From a virus (Duplodnaviria; Caudoviricetes), in IMG/VR virus record IMGVR_UViG_3300009031_000221, positions 320,001 through 384,000 of that record: 64,000 bases of DNA, one strand, 5' to 3'. The translations under genes and the position numbers were made by a program. Positions 1-8,813 of the stretch are shown in pieces (within the stretch, counting starts at the first letter, position 1; the number at the start of each line of letters is the position of its first letter). Below the pieces are notes generated by a model. The model did not search any database, was not told the origin of the DNA, and saw only the letters and a list, made by a program, of their open reading frames with translations.

Positions 1-230
1 TCCGGCAAGTCATCGAACTCGGGCATGGGCAAACCCTGATAGTTCTTGTTGTCCGTTACTGCCGCATAACGTGCGTATGCCTCCCGTGCGAGTTTCAATT
101 CCAACTCCGCATGCAGGCAATCCTTCAATGAAGGGAATGGGAAAGGCCTATCCGATTGGGCATGCTCGTCTCGTTCTATGATTTCTTTGAGAGTCTCAAA
201 GAAACCTTTATCGATGTCTTTCTGTGTCAT
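1..230 (-). CDS. hypothetical protein, partial (runs off window start)
   Basis: ATG at 230 overlaps stop of 227..565 (ATGA); open frame MTQKDIDKGFFETLKE...MPEFDDLP to base 1. Confidence 0.6.
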   Translation of the reverse strand, partial: MTQKDIDKGFFETLKEIIERDEHAQSDRPFPFPSLKDCLHAELELKLAREAYARYAAVTDNKNYQGLPMPEFDDLP

Positions 231-565
231 TGTGGAGTCCTTTCAGGGCTATTGGGGAGCCATCCCGTGTAATCGCATCCATGAGGGCATGGCTCAGGGT
301 AAATGCCTGCCCAGTGTCCCTCGTGAATGGGGCATTTCTCAGTTCTAGGTTCCTCGTTGGCATAGATCAATCGTGCCAATAGGTTGGATTTGCTGATCAT
401 GTTGCGGAACACCCGCAATTGGCGTTGTCTATCATCCCCTAGATAGTTCCCCACCAAGTTAGCCCATTGTTCCAATTTGCGGCAATAGCGAGATACCGGC
501 ATGACCGGTTCTCCGTAGTGCTTCGCTAGTTGCTTCAGCATGTCCTCGGCTTCAGGGGTCGTCAT
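227..565 (-). CDS. hypothetical protein, Cys/His-rich C-terminus
   Basis: 112 aa, ATGA-coupled; CPIHEGHW...CPHGC. Confidence 0.65.
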   Translation of the reverse strand: MTTPEAEDMLKQLAKHYGEPVMPVSRYCRKLEQWANLVGNYLGDDRQRQLRVFRNMISKSNLLARLIYANEEPRTEKCPIHEGHWAGIYPEPCPHGCDYTGWLPNSPERTPQ

Positions 566-756
566 TGCGGTGTCCTTATAGTGGGATCCTTGATGTTGTG
601 ACGTGCTGCGAATTCCTTTACGTCAGCTTCCAGCTCTGCCATGGCTTGGGCTTCTGAATATCCTTCTTCCCACCCGCTTTCGCATTCCGTATAGATGATG
701 CCATTACGTTCGGATTCATAGTAGAATTTGAGCAATTCTTCGGTATCCTTGATCAT
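562..756 (-). CDS. hypothetical acidic protein
   Basis: 64 aa, ATGA-coupled both ends. Confidence 0.6.
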   Translation of the reverse strand: MIKDTEELLKFYYESERNGIIYTECESGWEEGYSEAQAMAELEADVKEFAARHNIKDPTIRTPQ

Positions 757-1052
757 TTGTGTACCCCATAGTGCTTGGGCTTCTCGACTCCGCTTTCCTT
801 GGCGTACTCCCCGCGTTGTGCAAATACGTTAGCATTCCAACGTCCGCCATAGGGCTTGTATGTTTCCATATTGTTCATCCACTTTACTGCGACCTCGTAT
901 CGTTCCTTCCAGGTAAACGGCATGGGTTCGTGGTACAAGTCCCATCGGACTTTACGCCACATGCCAAAGAACACGTAGTAGGGGACGGCACGCTCCACGA
1001 TAATGGTTTCGCCGATGATCCTTGTGCGATAGGCTTGTTCGATTAGTGTCAT
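753..1052 (-). CDS. hypothetical protein
   Basis: 99 aa, ATGA-coupled both ends. Confidence 0.6.
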   Translation of the reverse strand: MTLIEQAYRTRIIGETIIVERAVPYYVFFGMWRKVRWDLYHEPMPFTWKERYEVAVKWMNNMETYKPYGGRWNANVFAQRGEYAKESGVEKPKHYGVHK

Positions 1053-1657
1053 GCGACTCCTTTATCCCACCAGTCATCATACTTGTAACCGGGCGTGTTC
1101 TTGACGACTTCATCCATACCCCTGGTCTTGAAGATGCCGTCTCGGTCTTTGAGGGTCACCCAACCTTGAGCACAATCGACTTCAGGATGCAATGCGGAGA
1201 GGGCGATGACATTGTCTGCGGTTCGCATCCATTTATCCGGGATGGATTCTCCATAGTACATGACAACATAACGATGTCCTGACTGAAGGCAAACCCACTT
1301 CAACAAGTCTGGATCGAGGCAGCAATCCCGAGAACTCCTCGTGTATTCAACTGCCTGATCCCCATGTTGATTGGTTTCGGAAAGCCCAAAGCTAGCCCGA
1401 TAGCGCTTGAATGCCGAAACTGCTAAGTCATGCCATTTCGATCCTATGCAAGGGGCATTGGATACGTGAACAAGCGTCATCGTGCCCAAGGGCTCAATAG
1501 GCACTAGGCGACTCACAATGACCTCAGGGTGCCAGTAATGCCCCATCTGCATATTGGACACGGGCACATGGGCATCCGCCGCCTTGGCTACCCTGGCGCC
1601 AACGAACAACCCACCGAGGGCGAGGAATGACTTGGACAGGAAGTTGCGACGGTTCAT
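1049..1657 (-). CDS. twin-arginine (Tat) signal-bearing hypothetical protein
   Basis: N-term MNRRNFLSKSFLALGGLFVGARVAKA: RRxFL, hydrophobic stretch, AxA site. Confidence 0.7.
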   Translation of the reverse strand: MNRRNFLSKSFLALGGLFVGARVAKAADAHVPVSNMQMGHYWHPEVIVSRLVPIEPLGTMTLVHVSNAPCIGSKWHDLAVSAFKRYRASFGLSETNQHGDQAVEYTRSSRDCCLDPDLLKWVCLQSGHRYVVMYYGESIPDKWMRTADNVIALSALHPEVDCAQGWVTLKDRDGIFKTRGMDEVVKNTPGYKYDDWWDKGVA

Positions 1658-2385
1658 GATGAGGCTCCTGGCATGTATTGTGCGATCTTCTTCTCAAGGG
1701 TCGGGTGTATGGGCCACTTTGGGTCTCTCAGGACGTATGCCATGAACCCCTCCGCGAAGACCTCCCATGCCATAGGATACCCAATTTCATAGTAAGGCAA
1801 ATTGTGGTGCGATACCGGATGCCGGAATGTCCGAATATCAGGCTTGAATGCCGCTTCCAGGAAGTCATTTAGTGGAATATCCTTAGGGATATGTTTCTTG
1901 ATGCTGTCTAATGGGGGTGTATTCATGTGCTTGTGTGCCATATAGCGGCAACGATACCATAGAGTTGGGTAATGCTTGAGGAGTGCCCTTTGCAAGTCAT
2001 CCCAGGTACGGGCATTGTACTTCTCAACGGCATGCAGAATCTCCTTGCGAGGAGTCAGTGCCGTGTGTTGATTGACCCATGCAGTGAACTCAACCGATTG
2101 TGCGTCAGTCAGGCAATTGAAGAAGTAGGCATGCCCGAGTTCATGAATAACAACATGAACCAATTCATCCGTTTTACATGCGACCTGGACGAAACCCCGA
2201 TATCGGTAAATGCCCTGCAACTTAAGACCCGCGCATGTGATTTTGTAGGAGTTGTAGAGCTTTATCGGGATGGGGCTTAGGTCTTTGATACCTAGGGCCT
2301 CCATCTTGGATATGCCTTCATTGATGGCCAATTCGGCTTTCGCCTTCTCGTCCTCAGGCCATTTGCCTTTCCATATGAGGCTCAT
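1654..2385 (-). CDS. zincin-like metallopeptidase
   Basis: VVIHELGHAYF (HExxH) and downstream EVFAEGF. Confidence 0.6.
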   Translation of the reverse strand: MSLIWKGKWPEDEKAKAELAINEGISKMEALGIKDLSPIPIKLYNSYKITCAGLKLQGIYRYRGFVQVACKTDELVHVVIHELGHAYFFNCLTDAQSVEFTAWVNQHTALTPRKEILHAVEKYNARTWDDLQRALLKHYPTLWYRCRYMAHKHMNTPPLDSIKKHIPKDIPLNDFLEAAFKPDIRTFRHPVSHHNLPYYEIGYPMAWEVFAEGFMAYVLRDPKWPIHPTLEKKIAQYMPGASS

Positions 2386-2664
2386 TCAGTACTCCAACTC
2401 ATATCGGGAATGCCCTGGTTTGGGATACATAACTTCGATGAGCGTGCAATGATTGCCGTCTGCATCTATGCCACAGCCCTTGCCGTCCGAATTCACCAAG
2501 TCAAATGGGAGGATGTATTCGCATGGGAATTGATGAGATGATTTGCCCCATTCCTTCCAAAGGGCTCCTGCACGCTTGTTGTCCCACTTGTATGCCCCAA
2601 AGCGAGGCAACATGTAGGCCACATGCCGTTGAAAGTCTGCCGCTGCCGGGGATACGTAGATCAT
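2386..2664 (-). CDS. hypothetical protein
   Basis: 92 aa in coupled run. Confidence 0.6.
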   Translation of the reverse strand: MIYVSPAAADFQRHVAYMLPRFGAYKWDNKRAGALWKEWGKSSHQFPCEYILPFDLVNSDGKGCGIDADGNHCTLIEVMYPKPGHSRYELEY

Positions 2665-2993
2665 GACCTTCTCTTTAGGGATTCAAACGCCGAGTTGAAG
2701 GCTTCTTCGATAGCTGCAGGCAATTCCTTGATGGAGATACCCGTATGATCGGATACTTCTACCGTGATGGGGAACATGAGATCCCCCCAGGACTTATTCA
2801 TTATAACGGGTTGAACGGTGAATAGGCATCCAGGGAATTGCTTCGCCGCTTCCATCAATTGTGCTGCCCCAAGGGTGGTCACTCGAGGAAGAAGATCAAG
2901 CCTATTAGGAGGGATGCAAGGCTCTGCCGCAAGGTATACCTTGTCATCCTTCATGAATGCGCTGTAGGGAAGGTCACCCATGGCTATTACCAA
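2661..2993 (-). CDS. hypothetical protein
   Basis: 110 aa in coupled run. Confidence 0.6.
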   Translation of the reverse strand: MVIAMGDLPYSAFMKDDKVYLAAEPCIPPNRLDLLPRVTTLGAAQLMEAAKQFPGCLFTVQPVIMNKSWGDLMFPITVEVSDHTGISIKELPAAIEEAFNSAFESLKRRS

Positions 2994-3631
2994 TCACTGC
3001 TATCGGTTGCGTTCAATACTTCCTTGGTTACCAAGTCCGTCACGTATACGGCGGTTCCTACACGGCAATCCAAGAACTTGAATTTGAACCGGGAACCTGA
3101 CATGGGCGGGGAAGGATGTGCCGCCAAGGCCTTGGTTGTCCATTCAATGATCCGTTGCATCTCCACACCGCCGACGTGGCAAATGTCAGGGTGACAATCG
3201 GGCAGAGTGCCATAACGATCACGATCAGGTGCCTCAAGGGGTTCCAAACATTCCTCGAGCTTGACTGATAGCTCAATCCCGAACTCTATGTCGGACATGA
3301 GAACCCATACATCCTGTGGCATGTCATGATCCGTTACGATCATTGCCCCGTGCATATAAGCCCTGATGCCTTGATCTATCAGCACCTTTTGGTTTTCAGG
3401 GTCAAAATTATCACGCCAGAACTTCCGCACTTCCGGATAGTTGAACGGGTGCATGACGATATATGCAACTTTGCCATCGCGTCTTTCAATCTCATCCCAT
3501 GCAGGATGAATCTTTTCAGGCCCTAGATGGCGTGAGTCGGCTTTGAAGTCCGGTGCCTGAAGGGCCTTCGCTCGAGCCTTGGTTTTCACAGTATCCATGA
3601 AACTAGAAAATGTGACAGGTTCCGTTACCAT
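2987..3631 (-). CDS. hypothetical protein
   Basis: 214 aa in coupled run. Confidence 0.65.
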   Translation of the reverse strand: MVTEPVTFSSFMDTVKTKARAKALQAPDFKADSRHLGPEKIHPAWDEIERRDGKVAYIVMHPFNYPEVRKFWRDNFDPENQKVLIDQGIRAYMHGAMIVTDHDMPQDVWVLMSDIEFGIELSVKLEECLEPLEAPDRDRYGTLPDCHPDICHVGGVEMQRIIEWTTKALAAHPSPPMSGSRFKFKFLDCRVGTAVYVTDLVTKEVLNATDSSDW

Positions 3632-3807
3632 TCGTCCTCCTCGTCATCCTCTAGCAGGTCTATTTCACCGGTTCTCAGGTCTATGTACCCTAAATAGGCG
3701 TGTGTTGTAGGGTCTACAAGCATGATGTTGCCGACAGCATTGCGTTCAAGGCCTATGACCGGGGACAATTGCTTCAGGGTGCTACTGAGTTGCTCAACAG
3801 TTATCAT
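3625..3807 (-). CDS. hypothetical protein
   Basis: start refined to MITVEQ (ATGA overlap with 3804 stop). Confidence 0.55.
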   Translation of the reverse strand: MITVEQLSSTLKQLSPVIGLERNAVGNIMLVDPTTHAYLGYIDLRTGEIDLLEDDEEDEW

Positions 3808-4250
3808 ACCTTCTTCCTTGCCAAGGGGTGCGGATGGCAACCAACGTGGCTTACGCAGTTCTCGATGTTCATCAGGAAGTCAAGGGCCTCGGCCTGACCG
3901 ATACCCTTTTCTTCGGCAGTCTTTGCGACCATTTCCCACATTTCCGCTTCGGGAATCATCTCGTATTCGGATGGTTCGAATGCCTTGAACATCAACCCTG
4001 CATTCGCAGCGTCTTCACATGTTGGATTCCCTGACCCAAGGATATGCCTTGGTAAAGGGTTATCCTTCTGCCATTGTCGGTTGAATTTCAAGATCTCAGC
4101 CTTGTCAACAAGGTATCCGTAGGTTTTCCACTGCAACCGCTCTTCCCGGGCACGACGGACACCATTGTAGAGCTGGGTTCTTCCTTCAGGTGTCTTGAGG
4201 GCATCCCGAATCATCTTCATGCGGACTTCCGCATTGATTGTATTTGTCAT
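3804..4250 (-). CDS. hypothetical protein, paralog of 4247..4750
   Basis: start refined to MTNTIN; C-term AFEPSEYEMIPEAEMWEMVA...GCHPHPLARKK. Confidence 0.7.
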   Translation of the reverse strand: MTNTINAEVRMKMIRDALKTPEGRTQLYNGVRRAREERLQWKTYGYLVDKAEILKFNRQWQKDNPLPRHILGSGNPTCEDAANAGLMFKAFEPSEYEMIPEAEMWEMVAKTAEEKGIGQAEALDFLMNIENCVSHVGCHPHPLARKKV

Positions 4251-4750
4251 ACGGTAGCCTTCTTCCTTACTAGCGGGTGTGGGTGGCACCCTGGGGCGTT
4301 GTTATTCCATGGAAACTTCATGATGGCACGAACGGCAAGGACTTCGGTTAGGGCGTGTTCTTGTGCGTGCTGGGCTACCTTTTCCCAGAACTCGGACTCA
4401 GGCACTGCCTCGTAGTCCTCAGGTTCATACGCTACCCACCATACGCCGGCGGCAAACAACTCATCTCGCGGCACGTCATGAAAGTGTATGGGAAGAGGGC
4501 AACTCAGCCCTTCATCTGTGTGCAGGAATTGTTCAGGGTGTTCCTTGACGTACTTGAAGTACGCTTTGTCGTCAAAGCCCCAATGGTGCAAATACATGCG
4601 GCTGTCTATGGTATTGACAAAGGATTGGTAGATACGGTGCCGTCCCGTTGGGTAATTAAGGCATCGTGTCAAGGCCTTCAGGTAATCCTGTTCGATCTTG
4701 CTGTCCTTGAGGGGAGGAGTTTCCGTGAGGTCATGGATAGCGCCCATCAC
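4247..4750 (-). CDS. hypothetical protein, paralog of 3804..4250
   Basis: C-term AYEPEDYEAVPESEFWEKVA...GCHPHPLVRKK. Confidence 0.7.
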   Translation of the reverse strand: MMGAIHDLTETPPLKDSKIEQDYLKALTRCLNYPTGRHRIYQSFVNTIDSRMYLHHWGFDDKAYFKYVKEHPEQFLHTDEGLSCPLPIHFHDVPRDELFAAGVWWVAYEPEDYEAVPESEFWEKVAQHAQEHALTEVLAVRAIMKFPWNNNAPGCHPHPLVRKKATV

Positions 4751-5019
4751 TTCTCCTCTGGAGGGAATACCGGCATTTCAGTCCATGCCACGGCACGAAT
4801 CATGGCCAAGCAGTGCGAGTCTCGCGTATGCCACGTTCCGCCCTTATGGTGCTTGGCATTACGCCAGAACAGACCCTCGACAACCTTGATCGGTTCAATC
4901 AAGGTAGACATGGGATTGCCGCTATGTGCAATCAGGATAGGTGCCGAGAAGTCTTGGTATTCCGATACAACAGGAGGTGGGTTTGATGGCTTTCGCCAAG
5001 TGATAATGCTGTCCATCAT
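4747..5019 (-). CDS. hypothetical protein
   Basis: 90 aa, ATGA-coupled both ends. Confidence 0.55.
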   Translation of the reverse strand: MMDSIITWRKPSNPPPVVSEYQDFSAPILIAHSGNPMSTLIEPIKVVEGLFWRNAKHHKGGTWHTRDSHCLAMIRAVAWTEMPVFPPEEK

Positions 5020-6182
5020 TTATCCCCTAACTTGCGGTCAATGGATTCGATGCCTGCGAGGGCGAGGGCGGCGATTTGAACCAACAATTTGCGAGTGGTT
5101 TTACTTGTGGGGGAGTAGCCGATTTCCCGAGTCCTGAGGTGAATGAACTCACCCCAGTCCTTGTGGAAATGCAAGTCATCGTGTTCCTTTCCGCCCCACT
5201 TCTCATTCTGACGACACCGTTCAAGGGCGATACCCAGCAATACATCGTAGTCCAATGGCTCAGGGACGACACACAACTTCGGGTCCAACTTCATTGGGGT
5301 GTACTTCTGTGGCTGAGGCTTTGTCATGGATAGTACCTCCTCGATGGCATGCAGATCCCTATTCAAGTCATGGAGGGAGGAAGGGGGCAATTGCTGCGCC
5401 AGGATCGCAATACGATTACACTCCCGATAGTGTTCCCGGCTTTGTGCAAATCCACATGAGCATGTTCCGTTATTCCAAGGGAGGCAGCATTGATTACAAT
5501 GATTTCCCATGAGAGCCGCTACGTAGTGCTGCTTGATTTCCGCCTTTGTTTCTTCTAGATGCGACCTAGGACATGCATCAAGTATTGCAAGGGCGTCAAT
5601 TTCCCCATCCAATTCATGAAGGACATGGGGCGGAAGAATTGCCGCGAGTTTCTCGACTAGACGATATTCATCGTAGCCGCATCCCTCAGCTTGAGGGGCG
5701 TCGTCATCCTCGGGGCACTCGCACTCAATATTCCTCCATGGCAGGCAACATCCATCACACAATTTCGCGGCCCTGGCGGCACGAACATAGGTGTGGATAT
5801 TTTCTTTGATCTTGGCGGCAGCAATGACACCAATGGTCAGGTTCTCCTTAGGCTTATCCCCATCGAAGTATGCCTGATCCTCGACCACTTCCAACTTGGG
5901 TTTATCCGCCCTCAAGTACTTCCGTAGCTGAAGCTCCGCCTGATCCTCAATGTTGTCCAATTCCGAATCCAACTCGCGTTCAGCACCATCAGGAAGGGTT
6001 GCTGCAAGCTCCTTAATGAATTCACACACACGGTCGCGGAAGTCATTGTTGTTCCCGCAGTTGCACAACAAGTCATACCAAGGATGGCAGCATTGGCAGC
6101 ACCAACCTGCTTCCTTGGCAAGGCGGACGTAGTTATGGATTTCCGTCATGGTTTCGCGGGTGCTCATGATATGTCCTTTCAT
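5016..6182 (-). CDS. triple Cys-rich repeat protein with C-terminal MazG-like all-alpha domain
   Basis: three CxxCCxPW-x4-CxC modules; C-term IALERCRQNEKWGGKEHDD...LVQIAALALAGIE resembles phage MazG-like NTP pyrophosphatases (recalled). Confidence 0.55.
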   Translation of the reverse strand: MKGHIMSTRETMTEIHNYVRLAKEAGWCCQCCHPWYDLLCNCGNNNDFRDRVCEFIKELAATLPDGAERELDSELDNIEDQAELQLRKYLRADKPKLEVVEDQAYFDGDKPKENLTIGVIAAAKIKENIHTYVRAARAAKLCDGCCLPWRNIECECPEDDDAPQAEGCGYDEYRLVEKLAAILPPHVLHELDGEIDALAILDACPRSHLEETKAEIKQHYVAALMGNHCNQCCLPWNNGTCSCGFAQSREHYRECNRIAILAQQLPPSSLHDLNRDLHAIEEVLSMTKPQPQKYTPMKLDPKLCVVPEPLDYDVLLGIALERCRQNEKWGGKEHDDLHFHKDWGEFIHLRTREIGYSPTSKTTRKLLVQIAALALAGIESIDRKLGDK

Positions 6183-6194
6183 TTGTGTTTCCTA

Positions 6195-6623
6195 TTAGGC
6201 TTGTGCAGGTTTGGCGATAGGGCCGAATGGCGACGTGAGGTCAAGCATGCCGGCAAGTGCGACGGGGACGAGCATATCGACCTCTGCCTTCATGTCATCG
6301 AGGCTCATTCCGAAGTTATCAGGGATTCCGATAATCTTGGCACGGAGGAGTTGCTGCTCATGGATAACCCTCCAGGCATTCAGAACCATTTGAACGAATC
6401 GCTCATCAGGGATAATCCCATCACCTTGCTTGGCGACCTCGATTTCACTATCCAACGTATGGGATGCATCATCGTAGGCTTTGTGAAGGAATTCCAAGTA
6501 GGGGTCCATGTAATCCTGGGCGAGCCCTAGTTTCATGACCTGAAGGTTCAACTCGAGGTTGTGCACTAGCCCGAATAGGAGCCGTTCGGAGGATTCTTGC
6601 GTGAATGGGATCGAGATCATCAT
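6195..6623 (-). CDS. hypothetical helical protein
   Basis: 142 aa ORF. Confidence 0.6.
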   Translation of the reverse strand: MMISIPFTQESSERLLFGLVHNLELNLQVMKLGLAQDYMDPYLEFLHKAYDDASHTLDSEIEVAKQGDGIIPDERFVQMVLNAWRVIHEQQLLRAKIIGIPDNFGMSLDDMKAEVDMLVPVALAGMLDLTSPFGPIAKPAQA

Positions 6624-6632
6624 TTCCTTCGG

Positions 6633-7025
6633 CTATGGCTTGAAGAATCCAGGGACGGGCTTGCGCTGGAGTGCCGGTGGTTCGCCAATCCACACTTCCA
6701 CCTTGCATATACCCGCAATGGGGCGTGAACAGTCCTGGATGATTTGAGCTACCTGATCAGGCGAGTAGGCGGCATAGCTTTGTTCCGGAAACCCACGCCC
6801 CTGGCCATCCCGCAGGTATACAGAACCTGGGGTGAACACATCTACACGGTAGATGTGCGGGGTATCACGGGGCAAACGGGCATCTACCAGCACGTCATGA
6901 GGGAATTCCTGGGTGTGTGCGTGATTGCCCTCGAACCACATGCACTTGACAATGGAATCCTTGATCTCCATGACGGTCATATTAGGCCCGCCCGAAGTCA
7001 AGCGAACGAGATCCAGTGTATTCAT
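6633..7025 (-). CDS. YodC/DUF2158-like N-terminal domain protein
   Basis: DLVRLTSGGPNMTV...VKCMWFEG matches the recalled DUF2158 pattern. Confidence 0.65.
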   Translation of the reverse strand: MNTLDLVRLTSGGPNMTVMEIKDSIVKCMWFEGNHAHTQEFPHDVLVDARLPRDTPHIYRVDVFTPGSVYLRDGQGRGFPEQSYAAYSPDQVAQIIQDCSRPIAGICKVEVWIGEPPALQRKPVPGFFKP

Positions 7026-7384
7026 CGAGTTTTTGCCTCAGGCACAAGCCGAAATTTTGTCTTGTGGGAACACTTGACCTCAATACCCTCATACATTCCT
7101 GTGGGGAGAAATGGCGTAAGGATTTCGTAGACCTTTGCCTGGAAAGCGGGGAAGTCCATGACTTCTTCCCTAACACCTACGTTTACGATCAGTTCCCAGT
7201 TCTGGCCCTGTACACGCCTATATTCATTCAAGTCGGTTTGAATCCAATGCTTCAGGGTAACTCGTTGATGAGGGAATGCCTCCTTGAAAGCCACGTGGGC
7301 ATCCTGTGCATTACCTCCTTCGTCATTCTTACCCTGGAACCAAATCTCGGCTTCATAGCCATAGTTGTACTTGTCGGGTGTCAT
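7022..7384 (-). CDS. hypothetical protein
   Basis: 120 aa, ATGA overlap. Confidence 0.6.
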   Translation of the reverse strand: MTPDKYNYGYEAEIWFQGKNDEGGNAQDAHVAFKEAFPHQRVTLKHWIQTDLNEYRRVQGQNWELIVNVGVREEVMDFPAFQAKVYEILTPFLPTGMYEGIEVKCSHKTKFRLVPEAKTR

Positions 7385-7393
7385 CGTGGACTC

Positions 7394-7861
7394 CTAGGCG
7401 CAAGGGCCATTGTGGCGGGTAAATGGGTTGGAACACTCGGTGATGGGTTCCGCCATGACGGTACGGATCTCTACCTTGAGCCCTACCTTTTCAAGGAATG
7501 ATACGTCCACAGTATCTTCCTGAGGGATGAGGTCAGTAACGTGCCACGGAAGGTTCTTCAGGCCCTCCCTGATCTTCTCCTGGGTTAGCCCCATGTAATC
7601 GTAGGTGTTGTATTGGCGTTCGTCATAGGAATGATTTCGCACGGACACAACACAGTAGGAGTAGCGAATCTGCTCCTCCAATGTCGTAACGGCACGGTTG
7701 AGCATCAGTAGCCGCGTATCGCATCCCGTAACCCACAGTTCCAAGTGATCAGGCTCGATGATAGGCTTGAAGTTAGTCTGCAAGGACTCTACAACGAGTG
7801 CCTCAATCTCTTGCTGGTTCTGTGTTGCCAGGTAAGCAACAACGTCTTCGCGAGTAATCAT
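7394..7861 (-). CDS. hypothetical protein
   Basis: 155 aa, RBS-like GGAGAAC before ATG. Confidence 0.6.
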   Translation of the reverse strand: MITREDVVAYLATQNQQEIEALVVESLQTNFKPIIEPDHLELWVTGCDTRLLMLNRAVTTLEEQIRYSYCVVSVRNHSYDERQYNTYDYMGLTQEKIREGLKNLPWHVTDLIPQEDTVDVSFLEKVGLKVEIRTVMAEPITECSNPFTRHNGPCA

Positions 7862-7892
7862 GTTCGTTCTCCTGTGGCATTAGTATACCCGG

Positions 7893-8813
7893 CTAGTCCG
7901 GTTCATCATTACCCGAAAGGAAGTATCCTTCAGCCGATGGATCGATCTCGGGCATCTTCGCTTTGGGCGGTTCAGGTTGAGGGCCGTTGGTGTTCTCAAG
8001 GGTCTCTATCAGATCCTCGATATTGCCATTTATGACCGGGGGCGTGTACATGATTCGCACCTTGGAATCATACCGACTGGCGAGTACGGACACGAGGCCC
8101 ACGAAGTCCGAAATACTGGTGGGGTCGATGTTCGTGAACTCCTCATCCGATATGTCCGCATCGAACACTCCACTATCCTTCCATGTGAAGGTAGCGAAGC
8201 GCTTGCGGTTGTAATCAATCGTCATTCGGATGTATTCATCGGAAGTGCCGACGGTCAATGTACAATCCGGCTGAGGGTAGGTATTCTTCGGCAAGTACTT
8301 CATCAATTCCGTCGTGGTCTTGATAATGGAGTGTGCCATCGAGGGAGGGCACCCGTTATTGGACAGGAATGTGAAGGTTAGGTTAACGCCACTATCGGGG
8401 ACATAGGGGCGGAGGGTTTTGATATTGTTGATGGCGGCTTGGATAGGGTTCGGGTCAGGCTTGGGCTTGAACCGTACTTCAGGGATACGCTCTGTCCCTA
8501 GGAGACTAGCATTGAAGTGTGCGTTGCATACGGTGCAACGGATGTTCTGGCTACTGCCACCTTCCGGGCCATACTGCAGGGTGTCCCGTAGGCAATCAGG
8601 GCACTTATGGTAGACCAAGAGCCATAGCGTCATGTTGTCAGAATCTGACACGGGACGCTTACGGGAAAGGATGAACAGCTTCACCTTGGCAACCAACCAA
8701 GGCCAAAGGATCTGCCGAGCTAATTGGAATGTTGCCAATATTCCTACCGATAGGGCGAGTAATATGGCAGCCATGAAGGCCACCCAAAAGATATTCTTCC
8801 ACAGTTCTATCAT
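7893..8813 (-). CDS. NDxAGW-family member 1: N-terminal TM, CxxC...CxxC zinc finger
   Basis: start refined to MIELWK; TM helix; CPDC...CTVC; motif IDPTSISDFVGLVSVL. Confidence 0.6.
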   Translation of the reverse strand: MIELWKNIFWVAFMAAILLALSVGILATFQLARQILWPWLVAKVKLFILSRKRPVSDSDNMTLWLLVYHKCPDCLRDTLQYGPEGGSSQNIRCTVCNAHFNASLLGTERIPEVRFKPKPDPNPIQAAINNIKTLRPYVPDSGVNLTFTFLSNNGCPPSMAHSIIKTTTELMKYLPKNTYPQPDCTLTVGTSDEYIRMTIDYNRKRFATFTWKDSGVFDADISDEEFTNIDPTSISDFVGLVSVLASRYDSKVRIMYTPPVINGNIEDLIETLENTNGPQPEPPKAKMPEIDPSAEGYFLSGNDEPD

